A DNA stretch of 64,000 nt, taken from contig NC_135662.1 in the NCBI RefSeq assembly GCF_964188315.1, forward strand, positions 868,001 through 932,000, given 5' to 3'. This DNA is from Podarcis muralis. Taxonomy: Eukaryota. Positions within the stretch are counted from its first letter, which is position 1; each line of letters opens with the position of its first letter. Position numbers and translations under genes: made by a program. The notes below the pieces were generated by a model. The model did not search any database. It worked only from the letters and a program-made list of their open reading frames with translations, and had not been told where the DNA came from. Shown one piece after another: positions 1 to 11,500 of the stretch.

Positions 1-330
1 AGCTGTGGGATCCCAGAGCGGGTAATCATATAAGGGGAGGAGGAGGGAAGGAAGGGGAATAAAGATCAAGCTAAGTTCAAATTGAAAGCCAGGCGGAATA
101 GCTCTGTCTTACAGGACCTGCGGAAGGAGGTTAAATCCTGCAGGGCCCTGGTCTCCTGGGACAGAGCATTCCAGCAGGTCGGAGCCATCACTGAGAAGGC
201 CCTGGGGGAGGATAGTCTGACTTCCTTAGGGCCCGGGACCTCTAAACTATGGTTCTTCATGGACCTTAAGGTCCTCTGTGGGGCAAACCAGGAGAGGTGG
301 TCCCGTAAATACCAGGGCCCTAAGCCACAA
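1..330 (-). mobile_element. L2 LINE 3' fragment (second family)
   Basis: Minus frame encodes GLGPWYLRDHL...RAFSVMAPTCWNAL...FRRSCKTELFRLAF, an L2 ORF2 C-terminus. Homologous to 35781-36070. Confidence 0.8.
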
Positions 331-477
331 AGTGAAAATGACCTCTGGCTGCCTTTGAGCCACGACAGACCCGCCTGTGGGTTCTCCCTGGTCCTCCTGC
401 CCGCCCCATGGGGCGCCCGGGCACGAGGGGGGCAGTCCCATGTTGCAGCAGAGGCCTCTTCTTCCCGTTTGCTCCAG

Positions 478-3400
478 GAGATCATCTTTGAGTGGCAGCA
501 GGCGGCCAGCAATGTCCTGGTGGCGGTTGGCAGGCGCTTCATCAACAAGGTGATGGAGGAGGTGCTGACCAAGTTCCAGCCTGGCATCGTGCCCCATTAC
601 TTCATTGTGCAGACGTTCGCCAACCTCTCCATGACCAACGGTCAGTGGTTCTCTCCTCCCCCCAAATCCCTAGTAGCTCTCTCCCCCTGGAGAGGAGAGG
701 GGCCAGGACACGAATGGGTGGTCTGGAACCACGGTGTGGCTAGGAGAGCACAGGTGTCCTCTGGGGCCAGAGACTAGGTGTGGGGGCTCCCCTCTGCACC
801 ACCACCAGCTCCCCATAGGTTATCCAGGCTGACGCTCTGAGTTCGAGTTCCCCAAAGGACTTGGTTTCATCCAGCTTCCCTCCCTCTCCTCCTCCCTGCC
901 AGTGTTTGGGATGGTGCCGTTCCTGAACTCTATTCTGGGGACCATGCTGCCCATGCTGGGGATGGCCAAACAGGACAACATGAGGACCGTCTTCTGCTAC
1001 GGTAAGGCGGCCAGGGTCCCCCCCTGCTCTGGTGGCTCAGGCAGGAGCTGTGGCTCGTAGGTGCCCTTGTGGAAGGGGAGCAGGCAGGGCTGCATGTCTT
1101 CAGCACTTGGGCAGAAAGGGATCTCAGGCCAAACAACGGAATATGCTCAAGTTGTGTATGCCTTCTTCTCTCTGTGAAGAGCGTTTTCCCTTAAGAATAA
1201 TGGCATCTTCTAAATGCCCCACATTAGCTGTGGCGTTAAATGGCACTCAGTCCCCAGCCACTCCAAAGTTAATCAGTGAGGCTTCTTGCTAACGATGGAT
1301 ATAGGGGCACTCTGGCCATCCATGCCTGATGTTGGCATCGCACCCAGAAAGCTCCTTGCCTCTGTCTCCTGCAAACCGAACTCTGCTCCTGGTCGTTCTC
1401 TTGCAGATTTCTTGCCTGTGTCCATATTAACAGGACACGGCTTACATTTGTCCCTGGAGGGCTGTGGGTCAAGTCACTGAATGCCCAGGAGCCAAATTTT
1501 ATTTTATTTAGGATTCATGGACAGGAAGTGGGATAAATAGGCCCCGCGTTCCATCAGGTAGGAAAGGCATTGTGGCTCCAGTTTCCCCGGCTGAATTAGT
1601 GGTGGTCTTCATGCTCTGGACTGCGATGGCCACATTGGGCTCATCCCAAAGCCATGGCTGTTGCCCAAGAACATGCTTGCCTGTGCATCTCTCTGTCTTC
1701 TGATTAGTGCACAACTGTCAGAGAATGTGTTGGTGGGACCACATTTACTACTAAACACTGTTGGACTCTCTCTCGTCTTTAAAATCACTAATTGAAGTTG
1801 GGGAAAATGTTTGTCCACTCCCCCTCTTAATGTTTTGACCTTTGAATGCAGGGGTCAGCAAGGCTTAGTGGGCAGGGGCCGGATCACTCCCGCAGAGATC
1901 CTCCATGGGTCAGGCCAGCGCAGTGTGATGCCAGAAATTGCTTCTGCACATGCCCAGATGCTGGAAATTGCAACAGTGCAGAAGCGATTTCTGGAGTCGC
2001 AGAAGACAGTCCCCGCGCTGCGCCAGTTTAGCGCAGCACGCAGGGACTCGCTGAATGGGCAGCTCAGTTTGGGGGCGGCTCTTGGGCTGGGTAAACAGCC
2101 TCTGTGGGCTGCTTCTGGCCCCTGGGCCTTAGGTTGCCGACCCCTGCTTGAATGCATCATGACAAGAACATTTGCGCCCATTAACCATACCCATGACTGG
2201 CTTCTTAAAAATCAGATTTCCAGCTTTGAGTGCTCAGCCTGTTTATTGTGGTATTAATTCTCACTGATCTCCTTTACATGTACATCTTGTATGTTTGATT
2301 TTGTTTTAAAACATTTTTAAAAACCCGTCTTGGAGCTTATCCACACTTAGCTTTTGCCCTGCTCTTTCCAGGCATGGGTCCACATTCTAAAGCGCTGTGT
2401 CTGAGCATAGATATTTTTTTGCCCCAGAACTTTCCCCGTGAAAAGCTGCTCTTTAGTGCTCAATCGGAGCAAACATCAGGTTTTTCCCAGATTGCCATTT
2501 GCTCCGATTGAGCTTTAAAGAGCAGGCTTCTGCAGGGAAATCTCCAGAGCCCCCAAAAGGTGCCCGGACACAGAGCTTTGAAGCGCAGGCTGTGCCTGGA
2601 AAGAGTTGAGGAAAGGGGAGGTGCAGAGAAGCCCCAAACCTCTGTAGAATATGTTGCGTGGGGAGGCTGTGCTCAGGACAATTTCCCGAGAAGCTTTTCT
2701 TCCTGCTGAGGTCCAGGAATCCTGAGCCGGCCTTCACATCAAACGGATCCTACGCAAGGTGACTAGTCGCAAGGGGCTCTTTCTGGTCTGGGTGATCAGA
2801 GGAGGGCGAAGGGTCTCCTGCCCACCCCTCAAACAAAGAGTCTTGAGGGTGGGGCCTGCAGGGGGCGGGCGCTGTGCATGTTGAACTTGCCGGCAAGGGG
2901 CCAAGATCTTGATAAGGCTGCTGTGCTCTGTCTCTCAGGGAAACTAAAGGGCAGCTGATAGTTTTGAGCATCAGAAGAGCCTGCTTGCTGGATCAGGCTA
3001 AGGGGGGGGGGGGCGCTGTGCACTCCAGGGCCCAGCTAAGGGGCCATTATGGGAACCCCGCAAGCAGAACAGGAGCTCCACAACCTCCTTCCCTCACTTG
3101 GTTGCCCCGGGGACTGCTGGGAGACAAATTTGTGGAGGATAAAAGTGAAGTCCTGTTTTAAAGCCGTCCAGATGTGCTGAGGGAGGACTTGGGGGGCAGT
3201 GTGGAGCCACAGCTGGCATGAAATCTCTTCTGTAGCTTTGCAGAACTTCAGCGAGAGCATCCAGGAGTACATGGCGAATCTGGACCAGGCGCCGGACCCG
3301 ACGGTGAGGCGCGACACCTTCTCCAACGACCTCTTCAGTGCTTACGAAGTCCTTTTCAACAGCTGGCTGCAGACCCGGGAAACAAAGGTGGGGCGAGAGG

Positions 3401-5473
3401 TTGAGCTGGGGGTCGGGGGTTCCTGGGGAGAGGAGAGCCTTTCCCTCCCCCCTGCCTGCTGCTCCAGACAAATCTCTGCCGCTGGGCTCTCCTTTTTGGC
3501 CCTGTGACTCCTCCACCCACGAGGGCCGGTGTGTCGTGGTCGCCTTCATTTATAGACCCGCCTTTCCATAGATGACGCTGGAGGCGGCTGCCGTCAGCTG
3601 GCTCCCAGTCTCTCCCTTGCGCACGCACCTTGCTCTGTATGTCCTGCAGAGTAAATCGCCCTTCCAGGGTGAGATGCAGCCCTGTGTCTCTCTCCTTGCC
3701 CCTTTAGAGTACAGTCATACCTCGGCTTGAAGTAGCTTTGGGTTAAGCATTTTCGGGTTGCGCTCCACGGCGACCCGGAAGTAACGGAGCGTGTTACTTC
3801 CAGGTTTCACCGTTCGCGCATGCTCAGACACTCAAAATGACATCATGCACGGAAGCGGCGAATCACGACCTGTGCAGACACGGGTTGCGTTCGTGTCAAG
3901 ATGCGAACGGGGCTCTGGAACGGATCCCATTCACAACCAGAGGTCCCACTGTACTGGATAAGGAGCAAACAAGGCATAAGGATGATGTCCTTCGATGAGG
4001 CCTGGAAGAGCCAGGGACTGTGGACTGGGAGGAATAGGGCATGGGGAGGGAGAGCTTTTGAAATTGTCAGGATCTCAGGTAAACCTGGTTCTCTGCTGGG
4101 GTGGCTTGTTTGGGAGCAATGCTATGACTCCTGTGAGGGCCCAGTAGCTGGCTTTGAAGGCACCATTTGAAAAAGGAGTTGAGTCCGTGTTCTCAGGGTG
4201 GTCCCAGTCCCCATCTCCCGCAATGCCCATTTCCAGTATGGAGGCTGCTCCCTTCTGCCCTGTGTTGATGGCGGAGGCCGACTGAGGTCTGCATCCCCAG
4301 CCTTCCTTGCTGCAGCAGCAGCTTCAGAGCCGGGTTCGAAGGGCTCTCTCTGGCCAGGGTGGGCGTCTCTTGGGGGGCTCTTAGAGGGCCAGTGGCCCTT
4401 GTATTATATATGAAAGAGCCTTGTAAGCACCTGAAAACGTTTGTGGCTTTGAATTGAAATGTTTTGTAATGGGAATATAAGGGGCTGATCTACATTTAAT
4501 GAGGGGGAATACAAAAACAAGAGAGAAGGTAAAAAGGTGGTTATGGAAATGCTAAGAACAAAGTAAATATGTACGGAAGTCAGAGAGAGGGGCGGGAGGA
4601 CGTCCGTGCTCAGACAGAGCGATGTTTGAGTTTATTGAATTATGTATGGAAGCCGTGATTATGATAAAATTGGAAATGCAATAAAAATTAATTAAAAAAT
4701 AGAAGTCCCGTGACCCCCCCCCCGCCCCTCTTTGCAGCTCCGACTGGCTGTTGTGGAGGCGCTTGGCCCCATGAGCCACCTGCTGCCCAGTGAGAAGCTG
4801 GAGGAGCAGCTCCCTCGCCTCATCCCGGGGATCCTGACCCTCTACAGGAAGCCAGCAGAGGCCTACTATGTGTCCAAGGTAGGCAGGGAGAAGGGTGCCG
4901 GGGAGAGAGGACGGGGGGTGGGGTGGGGGCCTCTCCCCTTGGGCTTTGCTGCCAAAGCTCACCGGTCCTTTAGGCTTCAGCCCTTCCCTTCCCAAGACTT
5001 CGAGAGGCAGAGCTGCCAAGCGTCCCACTTTCCCAGAGTCCGTCTGCTTTGCGGGCTGGGCAGTCCTGCCAAGACCGGATGCGGAGAAGGAGCCATTCTC
5101 CCCTTGGTCTGCAGGGGGGGGGGGGCTCACCTGGGTGTGGGGCTGGGAAAGGGCCCTTCTCCCCTGCTGCTTCCCCAGAGGGTGGGGCTGCTAACCTGGG
5201 GCTGCGCTGTGTCCCTCCTGCCCTGTGTCCTCTGAGCAGAGCTTGTGCCAGATCCTCGAGGCAGCAGTCAACATCGGCAGCCGCACACTGGACACGCAGC
5301 TGGAAGCCCTGCTCAACGCCCTGCAGCTCCAGGTGGGGAAAGGGGGCCGGGGGGGGGGGCGACAACAACCTTTAAACTCTGCCTCTCCAGCCTAAGCAGG
5401 GGCCCTCCAAGCGCTTTGGACCACCCTTCCTATCAGCCCCAGATGGTGCACTGGCTTGCTGCTGCTGGAGAGC

Positions 5474-5518
<45 letters not shown>

Positions 5519-8500
5519 TAGTTGAGACATTCCCAAAGCAAAGGAAGGATTAGACTCTGATTAACAGAATACACACAGGAGGCTTGACCAGTAAGACTCT
5601 GGGAGGAGGTGCCAATAATAATAAACCTCTCCACGCCTCGGCCCAGGTCGTTTTATTCACAAAAGAACTTTTTACACAGTGTTCGTAAGAACCAATCAGA
5701 TTTCCTCTGAGCATTTCAAAAAACCCCACGTGGGACAAAGTCAGATCAGAAGAAATCCTTTTAACTACAAAGACTACTCTGAGCATGCATAGTAGTCCAG
5801 AGTAAATAAAAGAGGAAGCAATGCTTTTAGGAGAGGCTGGATGGCAGTATTTGCCATCTCCTTCCTGGCCCTTAAGATCTATCTAAAGATTAAACTACAT
5901 CAAAGCTAACTATCATCTTGATGACCCAGGATGCCTGATGAAGCAACTGGCCTGTGTTTCAGAATGCTGATACGTGCCTGTCAGGCAGAGAAAATGGCCA
6001 GAAATGCAGAGGCTTGTGGGATTTGATCAGAAATTATTGTCAATGAATTAAACCCAGTCAACGCCATGCTTTCATAGCGGACACAATGGCTTGATGCTTA
6101 TTTTATAATTCCTCATAGCAATCCCACCTGACCTCCACACTCTGGATATCTGCACCCCTACAATAAATGTAGTAAAATGGCTGCCCCCCTGTTCCTGCCT
6201 CACTGGCCTTTTCTCCTCCTCCCTCGAGCAGATCTGCTCCCCTCTGGACTCCTCCACGCCAGTCCAACTGAAGAATCACAATGAGGTCCTTCGCTGCTTC
6301 ACGGTGCTTGGTAAGAGCCCAGGGAGAACTCTCCTCTCTCTCTCTCTCTGGATAACCACTGTGAGTTGGCTGTGGCTGCTGATTGTGGAGCTGAGTTTCC
6401 TGATAATCTTTTTTTTAGAAAAAAGAAAAGGAAAGAAGCAACCATCTTACTAGTCCTCAAGGCTGCAAAGCTGACTTGGGCAGAGTGTGGTGAAATGCTT
6501 GGAGGGAGAGCAGGGTGGGCAGGGCTTTCAGTGGGACTTCAGGACCTTTCATTGCTTTTTGCAAGCGCTCCATCCGTTGTAAGTCAAAGTCCCACTTTTA
6601 ATTTTGCTATTCTTGGAGAGGAGCAGACTTCTGCTCTTCCAGTTACGGAGGAGCTTTTTCCTTCCTGTTCTGCAACGTGCAGAGCTTGCACAGCCGCTGC
6701 CTGCTTGGAGGCTTGTGGCCCTGGGAGAATGGTCTGCCCTCGGAGAAGGAATGCCCCTTCCAGCTGTGCCTTGTGGGCACCTGCTGAGGCTGTCCTCCGG
6801 GTCAAAAATGTAGGGCTGGGTGTCCTGCGTCACGAGTCCTTGAGCAGGAGGGCATTGCCCGCTGCAGGTTCCCCAGTTCCTGGCGACAGTGCAGAGTTGA
6901 AAATTCTGGGTGTGACATGTTGAGCAATAGGAGCCCATGTGCGTGTGACTGGGAACGAAATTCAGAACTTCCTTTTTGGCACTCGGGGTTGCAAAGGTTG
7001 GCTGCCCTGCTGTTGTGCCGCCTCTGGCCTTGCTGTGTTTTGCTCCCTTCCCACTTTGGGGTTCCTGCAGTGCCATAAATCACAGGGCTCTCTAGCCATC
7101 GCTCTTCAAGGAGCTGTTTCTGGCAGGGACATGGACTTCTGGCAATATTTGTCCATTGTCAAAGTGCGACTTCTTTTCTTTTCGCCCTCCAGTTCACACT
7201 TCCGTTGTGCAAGAGCTCTTCCTCTTTCTCTCTCCACCTCCCCATATCTCTTGAGTAATCTTTTGGCAAGCCTGTATTTCCTTAGAGCCCTGTCGTTATC
7301 TCTTTTTACGAAGCACAGAGGGCCTTGCTGCAGTCCCAGCACATCAGTACAGTTGAAGGAGGCGGTCGTGAGACTGTTTTGTCTTAAAAAAAAAATCCTG
7401 ACTGGACCCAAAAGATTAGAACAACTATCTCCCATTTTCCAATCCCCCCTTTTGGGACGAGGTGCCTGAAGGTGTCTGGGGGCAGCCTGAAACGGGGTCT
7501 CGTTTCAGTTAAGCTTTTGAGCCAGGGTTTGGCCCAGGAGCAGCTTTGATGGATAACCCGTGTCTGGACAGGGGAGGAGGGGGCCCATGTGGGTTCTCTT
7601 GGCTCTCGCGTTGGCTTTTGGTCGTGGTGTTTTGTGGGATCAGCTCTGGAGCAAAACTCTGGCTCCTCTCCTTTCAGAAGGGGGCGCTGGGGGATTTCAG
7701 CTTCAGTGTTTTGAGCTGAGGGGTCTTCAAGTTCCCAGCTGGAAAAGGTTCAGAAAAGAGCCACAACATGTTGAAGGCGATGGAGCACATTTTTCAGTGC
7801 AGCAGGGAAGGGCCTTTTCTGTGGTGGCTCCTTGAGTGAGTGGAACGCCTCACAAGCGAGAGCCTCTGGCACTGGCACCACAAACTTCTCAGTGTCAACT
7901 TAAGACCTCGTTTGCCCAGGCTTTTTGAATTATGGTATCTTTAGTTGGTGGAATGCTTTTATTCCTCTTAGTTGTATTGTCTATGTTACAACATACAGTC
8001 CTACCTCGGGTTACAGCCGCTTCAGGTTTTGTTTTTTCGGGTTACGGACTGCGGAAACCTGGAAGTACCAGAACGGGTTACTTCCAGGTTTCGGCGGTCA
8101 CGCATGCGCAGAAGCGGCGAATTGCAACCTGGGCGTGCGCAGACGCGGGTTGTGAACGCTGCGGGTTGCGAATGTGCATCCTGCACTGATCACGTTTGCA
8201 ACCCGAGCATCCACTGTAGTTGTAACTTTGCATTTCTTTCTACACTGCCTTGGAATCTTCTTTCATTTTGACTTGAACGGCAGCTTATAACATTCACTGC
8301 TGCTGCTGCTGCTCTGCTGAGTGTTTGGTGGGCCGCTCCCTTTTCTGCCAACTCCATCTGGCCTAGGGGGCGGAGCCTGCACTCACCGCCACAGCATAAG
8401 AGGCCGGAGAGAGGCCTCCGGGACATCACTGCTGCTGCTGCTGCTGCTCTGCTGAGTGTTTGGTGGGCCGCTCCCTTTTCTGCCAACTCCATCTGGCCTA

Positions 8501-11500
8501 GGGGGGGAGCCTGCACTCATCGCCACAGCTTGAGGGCCTCCATCAAGGCCTCTGAGACACTGCTGCTGTTGCTGCCTGCTTGAGTGTTGGGAGGACCGCT
8601 CCCTCTCCTGCCAATTCCATCTGGCCTAGGGGGCGGGGCCTGCACTCACCACTACAGTTTAGAGGCCTGAGCAGCTACCTGCAGCAAGTGACAAAATGGT
8701 TTTAAATGCTTTAACTGCTTTTAATTTGCTGCACCTTAAATGGTGGTGGTTGTTTTTTATAATGTTTTATAATTTTATAATTTTATTTCTGTTTGCGGTT
8801 GGTTAAGTATTTAGTTAGGGTGGGGAACAGTTTAATTTTAGCACTATTGTTTTTTGCTGTGCTTCTATTTTTATTATTCTGTTAAGTTATTATATAGTTT
8901 GTATTTTGCCTTTTAAGGGGAAGGGTCAGGGCTGCCTGGGAGTGGGCCTCAGCCAATAGAATGGCTGGGGCAGGTTCCACAGGAGGGAATGTATTGGGAC
9001 ACCCGATCTCAGTGATCACGGGCCGGAGGAGGAGTTACGCTAAGACCAGACCATGTCATTACCGAGGAGGCAGGTTTAGTCGTTGGTTGAGGACTATCCC
9101 TGCCTCCAGGTCTGGTCCTGACCGGAAGGATACTGGAATCAGCAAGGGAAACCCACATGACCTGAAAGTGTTGCTGTGCAATGCCAGGTCAATGATGAAT
9201 AAAACCACTGCCATCCACGACCTGATTGTGGATGGAGGATTTGACCTGGCATGTGTGACAGAGACCTGGTTGGATGAGGCAGATGGGCCTGTCCTTGCCG
9301 CTGCTTGCCCACCAGGTTTCTCTTACGCACAGCAACCCAGGTCATGTGGGCGGGGAGGGGGGGTTGCAGTGATTTTTAGGAAGTCATTAGTCTGCACCAG
9401 GCGTCCTATTGGGAAGACCCAATTTTCTGAGTGCATGTTCTGGAAGTTGGGCAATAGGGGCAGTACAGGATTCCTATTGGTGTACCGACCTCCCCGCTGC
9501 ACCAAGGATTCCCTGCCCGAGCTGCTTCAGGTCGTGGCGGATATGCTCCTGGAGACACCTAGCTTGGTTGTCCTGGGGGATTTTAACATCCATGCCGACA
9601 CGACCTTACAAGGGGCCGCTCGGGACTTCGTGGAAAGCATGGCCTCCATGGGGCTGTCCCTGAATAAGTTTGGCCCAACTCATAGCCGCGGACATGCCTT
9701 AGACTTGGTGTTTACCTCTACAGATGTTGGTGATCTGACATTATCTAAAAGCGAAACAAAAGAAGTGCCATGGTCAGATCACTTCCTGGTGCAACTGGAC
9801 TTCTCCGCGACCCTTCCCCTCTGCAGGGAGGGGGGACCGATTCGGATGGTCCGCCCCCGCCACTTAATGGATCCAATTGGCTTCCAGAGAGTGGTAGGGG
9901 ATGTTTTATCCCAAGTTGATGGCCTTTCAGCTGATTCCCTGGTGGCCCGCTGGAATGCGGAGTTAACCAGGGCTATTGACTGTCTGGCTCCGAAGCGCCC
10001 TCTCCGATTGCATGGAGCCCGGACAGCCCCGTGGTTTTCCCCGGAGCTGAGGGTGATGAAACAATCGTTGAGACGGCTAGAGCGCCGGTGGCGGAAAACT
10101 CATTCTGAATCAGACCGGACACGGGCTAGAGCTCAACGTCGAGCCTACCAAGTGGCAATGGCGACGGCGAAGAGGGCCTTCTTCACCGCCTCCATTGCAT
10201 CTGCAGAAAACAGCAGCAGGAGACTTTTTCAGGTAGTTCGCAATCTATCGGAACCACCTGCACCACCAGGGCCTGGTAGGGACCCCAAGATCTCCTGCAA
10301 TGCTTTTGCAAAGTTTTTTGCAGATAAAGTCGCTCAGATTCAGAAGGAGGTAGACTCCACCGTGGGAGCAGGGCCAGGGTGGGAGAGTGCTAGAGTTCTG
10401 TCTGGTCCTGTTACATGGGATCAATTCCAATCTGTTACCTCCGAGGATGTGGACAGGCTGCTTGGACAAGTGAAACCGACCACCTGTCTCCTGGATCCTT
10501 GCCCATCCTGGCTGATAAAAGCGAGCCGGGAAGGGCTGGGCGATGGGCTCTGCGGGGTGGTGAATGCTTCCCTCTATGAGGGAGCCTTCCCAGACCCGCT
10601 GAAAGAGGCGGTCATTAAACCGCTTCTTAAAAAAACATCTTTAGACCCAGCCAATTTGGCCAACTATCGCCCAGTCTCAAATTTACCATTCTTGGGCAAG
10701 GTGATTGAGCGGGTGGTTGCCAGACAACTCCAAGCACGCCTGGAGGATGCGGACCATTTGGATCCCTTCCAATCGGGATTCAGGCCTCACCATGGGACTG
10801 AAACTGCCTTGGTCGCGCTGGTTGATGATCTCCGGCGGGCTAGGGACAAAGGTGAGAGCTGTTTCCTAGTTCTGCTGGATCTCTCAGCGGCCTTTGACAC
10901 CATCGACCATAACATCCTTCTGGACCGTCTAGAGGGGCTGGGAGCTGGGGGCACTGTTATACGGTGGTTCCGCTCCTTTCTCCTGGGCCGTGTCCAGAAA
11001 GTGGTGGTGGGGGATGAGTGTTCAGACCCCTGGGCTCTCACTTGTGGGGTGCCTCAGGGTTCCGTCCTCTCCCCCATGCTTTTTAATATCTATATGAAGC
11101 CGCTGGGAGAGATCATCAGGGGGTTTGGGCTGGGTGTTCATCAGTATGCAGATGACACCCAGCTCTACCTCTCCTTTAAATCAGAACCAGTGAAGGCGGT
11201 GAAGGTCCTGTGTGAGTGCCTGGAGGCTGTTGGAGGATGGATGGCGGCTAACAGATTGAGGCTGAATCCTGACAAGACAGAAGTACTGTTTTTGGGGGAC
11301 AGGGGGCGGGCGGGTGTGGGGGATTCCCTGGTCCTGAATGGGATAACTGTGCCCCTGAAGGACCAGGTGTGCAGCCTGGGAGTCATTTTGGACTCACAGC
11401 TGTCCATGGAGGCACAGGTTAATTCTGTGTCCAGGGCAGCTGTCTACCAGCTCCACCTGGTACGCAGGCTAAGACCCTACCTGCCCGCAGACTGTCTTGC

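Noticed and set aside
8190-8516. 108-aa minus-strand ORF with an internal repeat as a possible antisense ORF0
   Set aside because: It is just the translation of the monomers and runs into the flanking old repeat. No domain is recognisable.
8295-8680. Tandem repeat array as a CRISPR-like or satellite locus
   Set aside because: The units are contiguous with no unique spacers, the context is eukaryotic, and the array is fused to a LINE 5' end.
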